43,722 nt of DNA from Alphaproteobacteria bacterium (GTDB lineage Bacteria; Pseudomonadota; Alphaproteobacteria; Caulobacterales; Caulobacteraceae), in NCBI GenBank assembly GCA_018826885.1, contig JAHJYN010000123.1:1-43722 (forward strand). The letters run 5' to 3'. Every line of letters begins with the position of its first letter. Within the stretch, counting starts at the first letter, position 1. Of the stretch, positions 17,300-27,405 are shown in pieces. The position numbers and the translations under genes are program-made. The notes under the pieces were generated by a model, which was given only the letters and a program-made list of their open reading frames with translations, searched no databases and was not told where the DNA came from.

Positions 17300-17983
17300 C
17301 TACAGGAATCGGAAGACCGCAAGTGCAGGAAGAGCACGAACAGCCTGCTGCAATGCAGCGCTAAGACGGGATGCATCAACCACAATGACATCATCGCCCA
17401 GCACCACCGGATCGGGCGCCTCACCCGCCCTGATAGCCGCGAGATCAAACACCGCGAACTGTCGCTGGCCATCTATCGTGCGGAAGACCACCACGCTGCG
17501 CAGGTCCGCCTCTGTGACCGGTCCCCGAGCCATGGCGACGGCCTGCAGCAAGGTGGTTCGCCCCTGCATCTCGTAGACGCCGGGTTGGGTCACGGCGCCG
17601 TCGACGGTGATCTTCTGGCTCGCGGCCTCCAGCACCGTTACCGTCACTTGGGGATTGCGCAGATACTGCGCTCCGAGGCGAGCGGCAAGGGATTCGCCGA
17701 GTTCGTCGGGCGTAAGACTCTCGGCCTGAACAGTACCGATTAGCGGCATCTGGATGACGCCTGACGCGTCCACGCGGATCTCATCGAATGAGAGATCAGG
17801 TACACGGAATACGTTGATGCGTAACAGGTCATTGGCTCCAATGCGGTAGTCTTGCGACGAGCTTCCGCTCGCTGACGTGCTGGCGAGCAGCGAATCGGTG
17901 GAGATTGACCCTTCTGTCCGACCGCCCGAACTCGTGCAGGCGCCGAGGGCGAGGATCGAGATCAGCAGCAGAACAATGCGCAT
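17300..17983 (-). CDS. wza: Outer-membrane polysaccharide export lipoprotein Wza
   Basis: LALGAC lipobox, YRIG.ND.L.I.VF, VD.SG.I.MPLIG.V.A, YLRNPQVTV, SLBB (VDGAVTQPG.Y), GDDVIVV, amphipathic C-terminal helix. Start reset to ATG 17983. Confidence 0.92.
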   Translation of the reverse strand: MRIVLLLISILALGACTSSGGRTEGSISTDSLLASTSASGSSSQDYRIGANDLLRINVFRVPDLSFDEIRVDASGVIQMPLIGTVQAESLTPDELGESLAARLGAQYLRNPQVTVTVLEAASQKITVDGAVTQPGVYEMQGRTTLLQAVAMARGPVTEADLRSVVVFRTIDGQRQFAVFDLAAIRAGEAPDPVVLGDDVIVVDASRLSAALQQAVRALPALAVFRFL

Positions 17984-18204
17984 GGCGAACAAACTCCCGG
18001 TGGTCGGACCGCATGCAGAGGAAACGCCTGTATGCGACCGGCACCTGATAGCCCCCAATGGGGAAATGTGCCACCACCCCGGCTGAAACTGCGGATTTTT
18101 TTCTGGACCGACTGGGCAAGCTGAGGCAGCAGGCTCACGAATGTCTCGCGACGGGCCAGTCGAAGAGGGGCTCGGGAAGCGCACCGTCGAGTAAGTCAGG
18201 TTTG

Positions 18205-18240
18205 GGAGGTAAATTTGTCATATAAATATAAGTGGTTTCG
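18205..18240. promoter_or_regulatory. AT-rich core of divergent promoter region between wza and the biosynthetic operon
   Basis: GTAAATTTGTCATATAAATATAAG in a GC-rich genome, just upstream of the 18255 start. Confidence 0.4.
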
Positions 18241-18254
18241 CGTAAGAGGCTGAC

Positions 18255-20174
18255 ATGCGTGCATCTCTGACAGCGACCTGGGCGGCAAAGTACCTGATCC
18301 ATATCGGGGCGTTGTTTGTTGCCTTCCTGATGGCCTATGAACTGCGACGAGCCGTTCCCATCGAATGGTGGCTACAGGGCGGTGACGCGGTCCGCGTCAT
18401 CGGCTGGGCTGCGCTCTACGCCCTGATCGGCGCGGTCGTCGAGGCCGTCTTTCAGACCGAGCGGACCGCCTGGCGGTTTGCTTCGGTCCGGGACGTTGTG
18501 GCCCTGGGCCGGAACGTCGTCCTGACGGTGGCCTTCTTTCTGCTCGCCATCTTCGTGGTCGACCGGGGAGTGCAACTGCCCCGCTCGGTGATCCCGCTTG
18601 CGGCGGTTCTGAGTGTCTTGTTCCTCGTCGGCGTACGCCTGCTCTGGCGCCTGCCGCAGGAGTCTGAGCTCGTCCATCACCTTCTGCCTACCTGGTGGCG
18701 CAAGGTTTCGGCCCATCGGACGCCGCTCATACTGGTGGGCTCGCTGGCCGACGCCGACCGCCAGATCCGCCTTTTGCAGGCCGATGCAGACCAGCCCTAT
18801 CAGCCCGTCGGGATTATCACGCCGGACGTCGCGGAAGTCGGCATGAGGCTCCAGGGCGTCCCGGCGATGTTGTCGCTGGATGCATGGCGGGACCAGCATG
18901 TTTCGCTCCGCCGGCGCGACGAGCCGGTCCCAGGCATTCTGTTTCTGCAGGATCCTGTCCTCAGCTTTGGCCTGACACCGCAGCGCGTTGGCGAGCTGAA
19001 GAAGGCCGGCCACACTCTTCTGCGGCCCCACGTCTTGACCGAAGTCGGCGCGCCGGGCCCCCGGGCTGATCTGCTGACCGAAATCCCGTTGGAGGAATTT
19101 CTTCCCCGGCAGCCCATTTCCTTGCCAGCGGGCCCGGTCGAAGATCTGATCCGGGGCAAGCGCATTCTGGTGACCGGCGCAGGCGGCAGTATCGGATCGG
19201 AAATCGCGCGCCAGATGGTGCAGTTCGGCTGTGGCCACCTGACCCTGCTGGATCACTCGGAGTTCCAGCTGTTCGAGATTGACCGGGAACTGGGCGGTGT
19301 GAAGACCGCCATGACCCGCCGGGCCGTTTTGGCCAATGTGCGCGACGAAGCCCGCATTCGCGAGGTGTTCGACCAGGAACGCCCCGACATCGTCTTCCAT
19401 GCCGCGGCCCTCAAACACGTGGCCCTCGTCGAGAACAATCCGGCCGAGGGCGTCCTGACCAATGTCCAGGGCACCTGGAATGTGATCCGCGCGGCGATCG
19501 CGGCGAAGGCCGGGCAGTTCGTGCTGATCTCGACCGACAAGGCCGTCGACCCGTCCAATGTCATGGGGGCGACCAAGCGGATCGCCGAGACCCTGCTGGA
19601 GCTGGTCCCGGACAGCGAGACCCGCCTGTCGGCTGTCCGGTTCGGCAATGTGCTGGGCTCGGCCGGATCGGTTGTGCCCATCTTCCGCGACCAGATTGCC
19701 CGGGGCGGACCCGTCACCGTCACCCATCCGGACGTGAACCGCTATTTCATGACCATACCAGAGGCGGTTCAGCTGGTTCTGCACAGCACGGCGGTAAAGG
19801 CCGGTCGCGCGGATGAGGGCCCGTCGAAATTCCTGCTGGAGATGGGCGAGCCCGTCCGCATCGCCGATCTGGCCCGCCAGATGATCGAACTGAGCGGCAA
19901 AAAGCCGGATGTTGACATCAAGATCGAGTTTACCGGCCTCAAGAAGGGCGAGAAGATCGCCGAAATCCTGTCCGATGACGGCGAGGATCCCCGCCCCTGC
20001 GTGGATGGCATCCTTGAGGTAATGGGGCGAGGCGGCGGAGTGCGCCTGAACAGCGCGCGCTTGCAGACGCTCGTTTCGGCGGCGCAGGCAAACTCTGGGC
20101 ATGAGGTTACGATGCTTCTCGCCCAGTTGGTTGCGGCTGTGCGGGGCGGTGTCAAGGTTTCGTCCGCGTCATGA
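18255..20174 (+). CDS. Membrane-bound UDP-GlcNAc 4,6-dehydratase (WbpM/PglF/CapD family)
   Basis: 4 N-terminal TMs, VTGAGGSIGSEI, HAAALKHV, STDKAV.P.NVMGATKR, VRFGNVLGS.GSV, RYFMTIPEA, GEK. Confidence 0.93.
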   Translation: MRASLTATWAAKYLIHIGALFVAFLMAYELRRAVPIEWWLQGGDAVRVIGWAALYALIGAVVEAVFQTERTAWRFASVRDVVALGRNVVLTVAFFLLAIFVVDRGVQLPRSVIPLAAVLSVLFLVGVRLLWRLPQESELVHHLLPTWWRKVSAHRTPLILVGSLADADRQIRLLQADADQPYQPVGIITPDVAEVGMRLQGVPAMLSLDAWRDQHVSLRRRDEPVPGILFLQDPVLSFGLTPQRVGELKKAGHTLLRPHVLTEVGAPGPRADLLTEIPLEEFLPRQPISLPAGPVEDLIRGKRILVTGAGGSIGSEIARQMVQFGCGHLTLLDHSEFQLFEIDRELGGVKTAMTRRAVLANVRDEARIREVFDQERPDIVFHAAALKHVALVENNPAEGVLTNVQGTWNVIRAAIAAKAGQFVLISTDKAVDPSNVMGATKRIAETLLELVPDSETRLSAVRFGNVLGSAGSVVPIFRDQIARGGPVTVTHPDVNRYFMTIPEAVQLVLHSTAVKAGRADEGPSKFLLEMGEPVRIADLARQMIELSGKKPDVDIKIEFTGLKKGEKIAEILSDDGEDPRPCVDGILEVMGRGGGVRLNSARLQTLVSAAQANSGHEVTMLLAQLVAAVRGGVKVSSAS

Positions 20175-20293
20175 CATATCTGGTCATAGGGTCCGCAGGA
20201 TTTAGTGGATTTCACCTATCGAGGCGACGACTTGAAGCCGGGCGCCAGGTCGTTGGGATCGACTCTTTCACGTCGTATTGCGATCCCCGGCGC
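20171..20293 (+). pseudogene. Truncated relic of an NAD-dependent (UDP-glucuronate-type) epimerase
   Basis: MTYLVIGSAGFSGFHLSRRRLEAGRQVVGIDSFTSYCD aligns with the N-terminus of the 41041-42069 protein (23/37 identical by hand). The ORF then loses similarity (stop 20479). Confidence 0.8.
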
Positions 20294-20475
20294 GGGCTCG
20301 TATCGAAGCTCCACATCGTCTCAAAAGACATAGATAGGAGCGCCTGGCGCGATCGGGGGTCGAGATGCACCCGAGGGCTGAGTGCATCTCATGGTCTTAG
20401 GCGTCGAGGGGCAGAGCGGCCTACCGAGGTCAGAGCTCAAAGTGTTGGGAGTGAAGGGTATTGGAGTCTCGAACT

Positions 20476-21411
20476 ATGAACGGTACCGTGACAACCGCCG
20501 CGCCCAGTCTAACGCACCTCCAGCGACTTGAAGCTGAGAGCATCCACATTATGCGCGAGGTTGTGGCCGAAGCGCGCAAGCCCGTCATGCTCTATTCGGT
20601 CGGCAAGGACTCGGCGGTCATGCTGCATCTGGCGCGCAAGGCCTTCTACCCCGCGCCGCCGCCCTTTCCCCTGATGCACGTCGACACGACCTGGAAGTTC
20701 CGCGAGATGTATGCGCTGCGCGACCGTATGGCGCGGGAAAGCGGCATGGAACTGCTCGTTCATCGCAATCCCGACGCGGTTGAGCGCGGGATCAATCCGT
20801 TCGATCACGGTCCGCTGCACACCGACATGTGGAAAACCGAGGGCCTGAAGCAGGCGCTCGACATGCACGGTTTCGACGTCGCTTTCGGCGGAGCCCGCCG
20901 CGATGAGGAAAAGAGCCGGGCCAAGGAGCGGATCTTCTCGTTCCGAACGGCCAGCCACGGCTGGGATCCGAAGAACCAGCGGCCTGAGCTGTGGAACCTC
21001 TATAATGCTCGCAAGAAGAAGAGCGAGAGCATCCGGTGTTTCCCGATATCCAACTGGACGGAGCTGGATATATGGCAATACATCATGAAAGAGCAGATCG
21101 AGATCGTCCCGCTGTACTTCTCCGCTGAGCGCCCGACGTTTGAATATGAAGGCGGACTGTTCATGGCCGACGATATTGATCGGCTGGAAAAGGTGATGGG
21201 CACGAAGCCCGAAATTACGATGCGCTCGATCCGCTTCCGAACGCTGGGCTGCTTCCCACTCACTGGAGCGGTGGAAAGTACAGCAGCGACATTGGCTGAA
21301 GTGGTTCAGGAAATGCTACTAACCACGACGAGCGAACGCCAAGGTCGTGTGATTGACAAGGATGGCGGTGATGCGTCGATGGAGAAGAAGAAGCAGGAGG
21401 GCTACTTCTGA
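20476..21411 (+). CDS. cysD: Sulfate adenylyltransferase subunit 2
   Basis: [77 protein letters not shown]. Confidence 0.97.
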   Translation: MNGTVTTAAPSLTHLQRLEAESIHIMREVVAEARKPVMLYSVGKDSAVMLHLARKAFYPAPPPFPLMHVDTTWKFREMYALRDRMARESGMELLVHRNPDAVERGINPFDHGPLHTDMWKTEGLKQALDMHGFDVAFGGARRDEEKSRAKERIFSFRTASHGWDPKNQRPELWNLYNARKKKSESIRCFPISNWTELDIWQYIMKEQIEIVPLYFSAERPTFEYEGGLFMADDIDRLEKVMGTKPEITMRSIRFRTLGCFPLTGAVESTAATLAEVVQEMLLTTTSERQGRVIDKDGGDASMEKKKQEGYF

Positions 21412-23351
21412 TGACAGACAGCACTAATGCAACTGCGGCGATCTACAAAACTGATGCGCTGATCGCTGAGGACATCGACGCCTACCTTGAACAGCACCAG
21501 AACAAGACAATGCTGCGGTTCATCACCTGCGGCAGTGTGGACGATGGAAAGAGCACGCTGATCGGTCGTCTGCTGTACGATTCGAAGATGATCTTCGAGG
21601 ACCAGCTCGCAGCACTCGAAAGTGACTCCCGGCGGATGGGCACGCAGGGCGAAGGCATAGACTTCGCATTGCTGGTCGATGGTCTTGCCGCAGAACGCGA
21701 ACAGGGCATCACGATTGACGTCGCCTATAGGTTTTTCGGGACAGAAAAGCGCAAATTCATTGTTGCGGATTGCCCCGGGCATGAGCAGTACACCCGCAAC
21801 ATGGTCACCGGCGCCTCGACCGCCGATCTGGCTGTAATCCTCATTGATGCTCGCAAGGGCGTGCTGGTGCAGACGCGCCGCCATTCGTATCTGTGCAACC
21901 TGATCGGCATCAGGAACATCGTCCTGGCGGTGAACAAGATGGATCTGGTCGAATACAGCCAGGACGTGTTCGACAAGATCGTTGCCGACTACAAGGCATT
22001 TGCGGACGAGATCGGGATCGAAAGCTTCACCGCGATACCTATCTCGGGGTTCAAGGGTGACAACGTCACGCTCGCCCCATCGGACAACACACCCTGGTAT
22101 CGCGGCCTTCCACTTATCGAGCATCTAGAGATGGTCGAGGTCAGCGCCGACGTCTGGCAGGCCCGGCCCTTCCGCATGTCGGTGCAAGGCGTCAGTCGGC
22201 CGAACCTGGACTTCCGCGGCTTTGCTGGTCAGGTCAGTTCGGGCGTCGTGAAACCCGGAGATGCCATCCGGGTGCTGCCCACGGGCAAGACATCCGTCAT
22301 CAGCCGGATCGTCACCATGGACGGTGAGCTCGACCAAGCCGTAGCCGGCCAGTCGGTGACCCTGTGCCTGGCTGACGAGATCGACTGTTCGCGGGGGGAT
22401 GTCATTGCCTCGGCGGACAATCCGCCCCAGGTCGCAGACCAGTTCCAGGCGTCAATCGTCTGGATGTCGGACGAGGCGCTGATACCGGGACGGGGCTACT
22501 GGCTGAAACTCGGGGCCCAGACGGTATCGGCGACGGTGCAATCGCCCAAATATTCCATCAACGTCAACACGATGGAGCATCTTGCAGCCAAGACGCTCGA
22601 GTTGAATGACATCGGGGTGGCCGAACTGACGACTGACAAGCCGATCGTGTTCGAAGCCTATGCGGCCAATCGGACGCTGGGCGGCTTCATTCTGATCGAC
22701 AAGCTGACCAACGCCACGGTGGGCGCGGGCATGCTGGATTTCTCGCTCCGGCGCGCACAGAATGTCCACTGGCAGTCTCTGGACATCTCGCGTGAGATGC
22801 GCGCGCGTGTGAAGGGGCAGTCCCCGCTGGTTCTGTGGTTCACCGGACTGTCCGGGTCGGGCAAGTCCACCATCGCCAATCTGGTCGAAAAGAAGCTCTA
22901 TAGCCTGGGCCTGCACACCTTCTTGCTCGACGGCGACAACGTCCGTCACGGGCTGAACAAGGATCTGGGTTTCGCCGAGGCCGATCGCATCGAGAATATT
23001 CGTCGCGTCGGCGAGGTCGTCCGTCTCATGTCCGATGCAGGCCTGATCGTGCTGACTGCCTTCATCTCGCCCTTCCGCGCCGAGCGGGAAATGGTCCGCG
23101 CTATGATGCCCGAAGGTGAATTCGTCGAGGTGTTCGTCGACACTCCGCTGGAGGTAGCCGAGGCCCGCGACGTCAAGGGGTTGTACGCCAAGGCCAGAAA
23201 GGGCGAACTAAAGAACTTCACGGGCATAGACAGTCCTTACGAGCAACCAAAGAACGCCGATATCCGGATCGACACTGCGGAGCATTCAGCCGAGGAAGCC
23301 TGCGAGCAAATCGTGGAGGCCTTGCGTCGCTCGGGTCGTCTGCATGGATGA
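21411..23351 (+). CDS. cysNC: Bifunctional sulfate adenylyltransferase subunit 1 / APS kinase (CysNC, NodQ-like)
   Basis: [37 protein letters not shown]; kinase domain [38 protein letters not shown]. Confidence 0.97.
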   Translation: MTDSTNATAAIYKTDALIAEDIDAYLEQHQNKTMLRFITCGSVDDGKSTLIGRLLYDSKMIFEDQLAALESDSRRMGTQGEGIDFALLVDGLAAEREQGITIDVAYRFFGTEKRKFIVADCPGHEQYTRNMVTGASTADLAVILIDARKGVLVQTRRHSYLCNLIGIRNIVLAVNKMDLVEYSQDVFDKIVADYKAFADEIGIESFTAIPISGFKGDNVTLAPSDNTPWYRGLPLIEHLEMVEVSADVWQARPFRMSVQGVSRPNLDFRGFAGQVSSGVVKPGDAIRVLPTGKTSVISRIVTMDGELDQAVAGQSVTLCLADEIDCSRGDVIASADNPPQVADQFQASIVWMSDEALIPGRGYWLKLGAQTVSATVQSPKYSINVNTMEHLAAKTLELNDIGVAELTTDKPIVFEAYAANRTLGGFILIDKLTNATVGAGMLDFSLRRAQNVHWQSLDISREMRARVKGQSPLVLWFTGLSGSGKSTIANLVEKKLYSLGLHTFLLDGDNVRHGLNKDLGFAEADRIENIRRVGEVVRLMSDAGLIVLTAFISPFRAEREMVRAMMPEGEFVEVFVDTPLEVAEARDVKGLYAKARKGELKNFTGIDSPYEQPKNADIRIDTAEHSAEEACEQIVEALRRSGRLHG

Positions 23352-23384
23352 CGGCGCCCATTTCGGCCTCCCGAAGAGGGTCTG

Positions 23385-24161
23385 ATGGAGGATTTTCTTC
23401 TTTTCGCCGCGGTCGGATTCGCCGCGCAGATCGTGGATGGCGCCCTTGGCATGGCCTACGGCGTCGTCTGCTCGACAGTGCTGTTGAGTCTTGGCGTCCC
23501 GCCCGCGACCTCATCGGCCAGTGTCCACGCCTCGAAGGTGTTCACGGGCGCGGCGTCGGCCCTTTCGCACATTGCCCACCGCAATGTTGACTTCAAGATG
23601 CTGGTCCCGCTGGCGATAGCGGGAATGATCGGCGGCGTGGTCGGGGCTCTTGTGCTGACCAGCATCGACGGCGCCGCCATCAAACCCTACGTCATCGCAT
23701 GGCTCGGTTTCATGGGTCTGGTCATCCTGTATCGGGCCTGGCGTGGGGTGACTCCCCGTGTGACGCCGTTCAAGGGCCCCATTCCTCTCGGCCTCGCGGG
23801 TGGCACCCTCGACGCCATGGGCGGCGGTGGCTGGGGGCCAACCGTCACGACGACGCTCCTGGCCTCCGGGATGCCTCCGCGGCAGTCCATCGGCACCACC
23901 AACACTGCGGAGTTCTTTGTCGCCGTTTCCGTCTCCTCGGCCTTCATCTTCGCACTCCTAACGGGGCATTGGCAGGGCGCCGAGGGGATTAACGACCATG
24001 TCTGGGCGGTCTCCGGACTGATCTTCGGAGGCGTGGTCGCCGCGCCTCTGGCGGGCTGGATCACCAAGGTGCTGCCGACGCGTGGCCTGACATGGATCGT
24101 GGGCGTCCTGATATGCGCCCTCGCGCTCTACCAGGGCGCACAGATGATAGGATTGATCTAA
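23385..24161 (+). CDS. TauE/SafE-family sulfur-oxyanion permease
   Basis: GFAAQIVDGALGMAYG, SASVH, DAMGGGGWGP, IGT.N.AEF; multiple TMs. Confidence 0.88.
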   Translation: MEDFLLFAAVGFAAQIVDGALGMAYGVVCSTVLLSLGVPPATSSASVHASKVFTGAASALSHIAHRNVDFKMLVPLAIAGMIGGVVGALVLTSIDGAAIKPYVIAWLGFMGLVILYRAWRGVTPRVTPFKGPIPLGLAGGTLDAMGGGGWGPTVTTTLLASGMPPRQSIGTTNTAEFFVAVSVSSAFIFALLTGHWQGAEGINDHVWAVSGLIFGGVVAAPLAGWITKVLPTRGLTWIVGVLICALALYQGAQMIGLI

Positions 24162-24931
24162 TGATCGCCGTCACCCCCCGGGCCGCGGGCGAGGCCGCCG
24201 ATGCCGATCTGGCCGAACGCCTGGCGCGCACGGCGGGCGAACTGCTGTTGACCCTCCAACGGTCGGGTCACTTCGAGGGCCGGGCCCTAGGCGCCGCCGG
24301 CGATGCCGTCTCCCAAGCCTTTCTGTGCCGGGCCTTGGCAGCCGCGCGACCCGATGACGGATTGTTGTCAGAGGAGGCCGCCGCTGACCCTGAACGCTTG
24401 AGAAAGGCCCGAACATGGATTATCGATCCTTTGGACGGCACGCGCGAATATTCCGAAGGACGGACCGACTGGGCGGTCCATATCGCCTTGGCGATCAATG
24501 GCGAGGCGACGGTCGGCGCGGTTGCGCTTCCAGGACGCGGTCTGGTCCTGACCAGCGCCGCTCCCTTTAACCCGTTGCAGGCGCAGGATCGTCCGCGAAT
24601 GGTGGTCAGCCGGACACGACCCGGGGCTGACAGTGTGGCGGTCGCCCAAGCTCTCGATGCGGAGTTGATCCCGATGGGCTCTGCTGGAGCCAAGGCTATG
24701 AGCGTTGTCTGCGGCGAGGCCGAAATCTATCTGCACAGCGGGGGCCAGTACGAGTGGGACTCCTGCGCCCCGGTGGCGGTGGCCAAGGCATGTGGGCTCC
24801 ATGTGTCACGAATCGATGGGAGTCCCTTGATCTACAACTGTGCCGATCCGTATCTGCCGGACCTCCTTATCTGCCGCCCGGAGTGGGCGGACCGGACCCT
24901 TACACTGGTATCGGGGGTGACGCGCACCTGA
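24161..24931 (+). CDS. cysQ: 3'(2'),5'-bisphosphate nucleotidase (PAP phosphatase)
   Basis: LLSEE, WIIDPLDGTREY, DWAVHIAL, GSAGAK, QYEWDSCAP. TAATG coupling to the TauE gene. Confidence 0.92.
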   Translation: MIAVTPRAAGEAADADLAERLARTAGELLLTLQRSGHFEGRALGAAGDAVSQAFLCRALAAARPDDGLLSEEAAADPERLRKARTWIIDPLDGTREYSEGRTDWAVHIALAINGEATVGAVALPGRGLVLTSAAPFNPLQAQDRPRMVVSRTRPGADSVAVAQALDAELIPMGSAGAKAMSVVCGEAEIYLHSGGQYEWDSCAPVAVAKACGLHVSRIDGSPLIYNCADPYLPDLLICRPEWADRTLTLVSGVTRT

Positions 24932-25237
24932 GTGGCTCCCTTGGGGCGGGACCTCCGCTAGCTGGAGCTCTGTAACGGCACTTGTCAGGCCGGGAGAGAC
25001 AGGAAGGCGAGTGACGCCAGACGGGTTTTGATGCCCAGGACAACTGTGGGCGAATATCCCGCTGACGCAGGTGTTTTCCGGGCTAATGATAGAAGAGCAC
25101 GAGACTAATGGGGCAGGCTCATGTGCTTAACAGTAACGGCGGCAGAGAAACAGAAGGCCAATAAATCTCTCATAATAATCGCCTAGCAATTTGGTGGTGG
25201 GAGATCCCATGGTCGGAATGACTCGAAGGAAGACGCG

Positions 25238-26284
25238 ATGACTCCTCCAGAACGAAAAAAGCCTACACGCGTGCTGATCACGGGCGGAACCGGTTCTTTC
25301 GGAAAAACAATGTTGCGTGATCTCCTCACAGACGGAATCGAGGAGGTCCGCATCCTCAGTCGCGACGAGGAAAAGCAGGACGCGCTCAGAAACGAACTGC
25401 GCGATGATCGGGTGCGCTGTTATATTGGAGATGTACGCGACCGTGGCGCGGTGGATCGAGCCGTCCAGGGCGTAGATGCGATTTTCCACGCAGCGGCTCT
25501 AAAACAAGTGCCAAGCTGTGAGTTTTTTCCCCACGAAGCTGTCCTGACTAATGTGGTGGGTTCGGAGAATGTCATTCGATCCGCGATTTCTGCTAAGGTG
25601 CAGAGCGTGGTTTGCCTCTCCACCGACAAAGCCGTGTTTCCCGTTAACGCCATGGGCATGACCAAGGCGTTGATGGAGAAAACAGCGCAGGCCGCCGCAA
25701 GGACGTTGGGACCCGATGGCGACACCAGAATCTCGGCGGTCCGCTACGGCAATGTGATGTATTCGCGGGGCTCGGCGATCCCGCTGTTCGTGCGCCAGAT
25801 CAAATCGGGCAAGCCGATCACCGTGACCGAGCCGACGATGACCCGGTTCCTGATGCCGCTGCGCTACAGCGTGGCCTTGGTTCACCATGCCTTTCAGCAC
25901 GCCAACCAGGGCGATCTGTTTATTAAAAAAGCGCCGGCATCGACCATTGCCGACTTGGTCTCGGCGCTCAAAGAGTTGTTTGATGTCCCCAACCATCCGG
26001 TGGAGATCATAGGCTGGCGCCACGCCGAGAAGCTCTACGAAACCCTTGCGAGCGCTCAGGAGCTCGGCAGTTCTGAGGATATGGGAGAGTATTTCCGTAT
26101 CACTCTCGACATGCGGGACCTTAACTACAAGCCGTATTTTTCCGAGGGAGAGTCAGAGACAAAGCTGCAGGAGGACTATCACTCGCACAATACTGAACAG
26201 CTGGATGTCGCTGGGGTGAAGGAGCTGCTTCTGACTCTGCCGGAGATTCGGGCCGAACTGGAAAGCCGGGGCGGGGCGCGTTGA
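25238..26284 (+). CDS. fnlA: UDP-GlcNAc 4,6-dehydratase/5-epimerase FnlA (CapE/WbjB)
   Basis: ITGGTGSFG, SRDEEKQD, HAAALKQVPSCEFFP, LSTDKAV.P.NAMG.TKA, RYGNVM.SRGS, YHSHNT. Confidence 0.92.
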   Translation: MTPPERKKPTRVLITGGTGSFGKTMLRDLLTDGIEEVRILSRDEEKQDALRNELRDDRVRCYIGDVRDRGAVDRAVQGVDAIFHAAALKQVPSCEFFPHEAVLTNVVGSENVIRSAISAKVQSVVCLSTDKAVFPVNAMGMTKALMEKTAQAAARTLGPDGDTRISAVRYGNVMYSRGSAIPLFVRQIKSGKPITVTEPTMTRFLMPLRYSVALVHHAFQHANQGDLFIKKAPASTIADLVSALKELFDVPNHPVEIIGWRHAEKLYETLASAQELGSSEDMGEYFRITLDMRDLNYKPYFSEGESETKLQEDYHSHNTEQLDVAGVKELLLTLPEIRAELESRGGAR

Positions 26285-27405
26285 TGCGGATTGTCATAAC
26301 CGGGGCGGGTGGATTGATCGGCTGGCATGCCGGGGCCCGTATGCATGCAGCGAACTGCGCCGCCGGGTTCAAGGGTGAACCAGCCCCCTTCGAGATCGTC
26401 GCCCTCGATCACGCGGCCTTCGACGACGACGAAGCGCTCGCCGAGGCTTTGACCAGTGCGCAGGGCGTGTTGCATTTCGCTGGCGTCAATCGCGCGCCCG
26501 ACGAAGAGATCGAGGCGGCGAACCCGGCCATCGCCACGCGCCTTGCCTCGGCCTGTCGAAAAGTCGGTGCGACGCCGCATGTTATCTATGCAAACTCGAC
26601 CCATGCGGCCAGCGACACCCCCTATGGCCGGTCGAAGCGCCGCGCCGGTGAAATCCTGGCGCAGGAACCGGGGCGTTACACGGATCTGATCTTGCCGCAC
26701 ATCTTCGGCGAAGGCGCGCGCCCCTTCTACAACAACGTCACGGCGACGCTGATCGCGCAGATACTCGCCGGCGAGACGCCAAGCATCAACCCGGACGGTC
26801 GCGTGCAGTTGCTGCATGCCGGGGCCGCCGCGCAGGCCGCCATCGACGCGGTGCTCGCGGGCGCCACGGGACGGATCGAGCCAGCATCCCGCCCGACGTC
26901 GGTGCCCGATCTCTATGAGGCGCTGAAGCGCTTCCATGACGGATATCTGGCGAACATCTACCCGGACATCTCCGACCCGTTTGACCGCGACCTGTTCAAT
27001 AGCTACCGCGCCGCCACCTATCCGGGGGGCTGGCCCCGTCCGCTCCGCCTGCATACCGACCCGCGCGGCGCCTTGTTCGAAGCCGTCAAGGGCGGCGGGG
27101 GGGGGCAGACCTTCCTGTCGACCACACGGCCCGGCGTCACGCGTGGCGATCACTTCCACCTCAACAAGGTCGAGCGGTTCCTGGTCGTTCAGGGCGAGGC
27201 GATTATCCGCATCCGCAAGGTCCTGTCGGACGAAGTCTGGGAATACCGCGTTTCGGGAGACGCACCCGCGCCGGTCGACATGCCGACCCTGCATACCCAC
27301 TCGATCGAGAACACCGGCGATACTGACCTGCTGACACTGTTCTGGACGCACGACGTCTTCGATCCGTCCAGCCCCGACACTTTCGCTGACAAGGTGATGA
27401 AATGA
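26284..27405 (+). CDS. fnlB: SDR reductase + cupin epimerase FnlB (CapF/WbjC)
   Basis: ITGAGG.IG, HFAGVNR, YGRSK, IFGE..RPFYN, C-terminal cupin D.RG...E, T.PGVTRGDHFH..KVERF.V, HSIENTG. Confidence 0.88.
   Translation: MRIVITGAGGLIGWHAGARMHAANCAAGFKGEPAPFEIVALDHAAFDDDEALAEALTSAQGVLHFAGVNRAPDEEIEAANPAIATRLASACRKVGATPHVIYANSTHAASDTPYGRSKRRAGEILAQEPGRYTDLILPHIFGEGARPFYNNVTATLIAQILAGETPSINPDGRVQLLHAGAAAQAAIDAVLAGATGRIEPASRPTSVPDLYEALKRFHDGYLANIYPDISDPFDRDLFNSYRAATYPGGWPRPLRLHTDPRGALFEAVKGGGGGQTFLSTTRPGVTRGDHFHLNKVERFLVVQGEAIIRIRKVLSDEVWEYRVSGDAPAPVDMPTLHTHSIENTGDTDLLTLFWTHDVFDPSSPDTFADKVMK

Noticed and set aside
10740-17983. Holdfast hfsDABC locus
   Set aside because: Wzc is a single fused kinase rather than split HfsA/HfsB, and no hfsE-H-like arrangement is present.
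20294-20479. Remainder of the 102-aa ORF as a functional small protein
   Set aside because: Similarity to epimerases stops after about 40 codons; the rest looks like read-through of non-coding DNA.
25137-25146. GGCGGCAG upstream of fnlA as an ops/JUMPstart element
   Set aside because: Mismatch to GGCGGTAG, no JUMPstart context, common by chance in high-GC DNA, no NusG paralog in the window.
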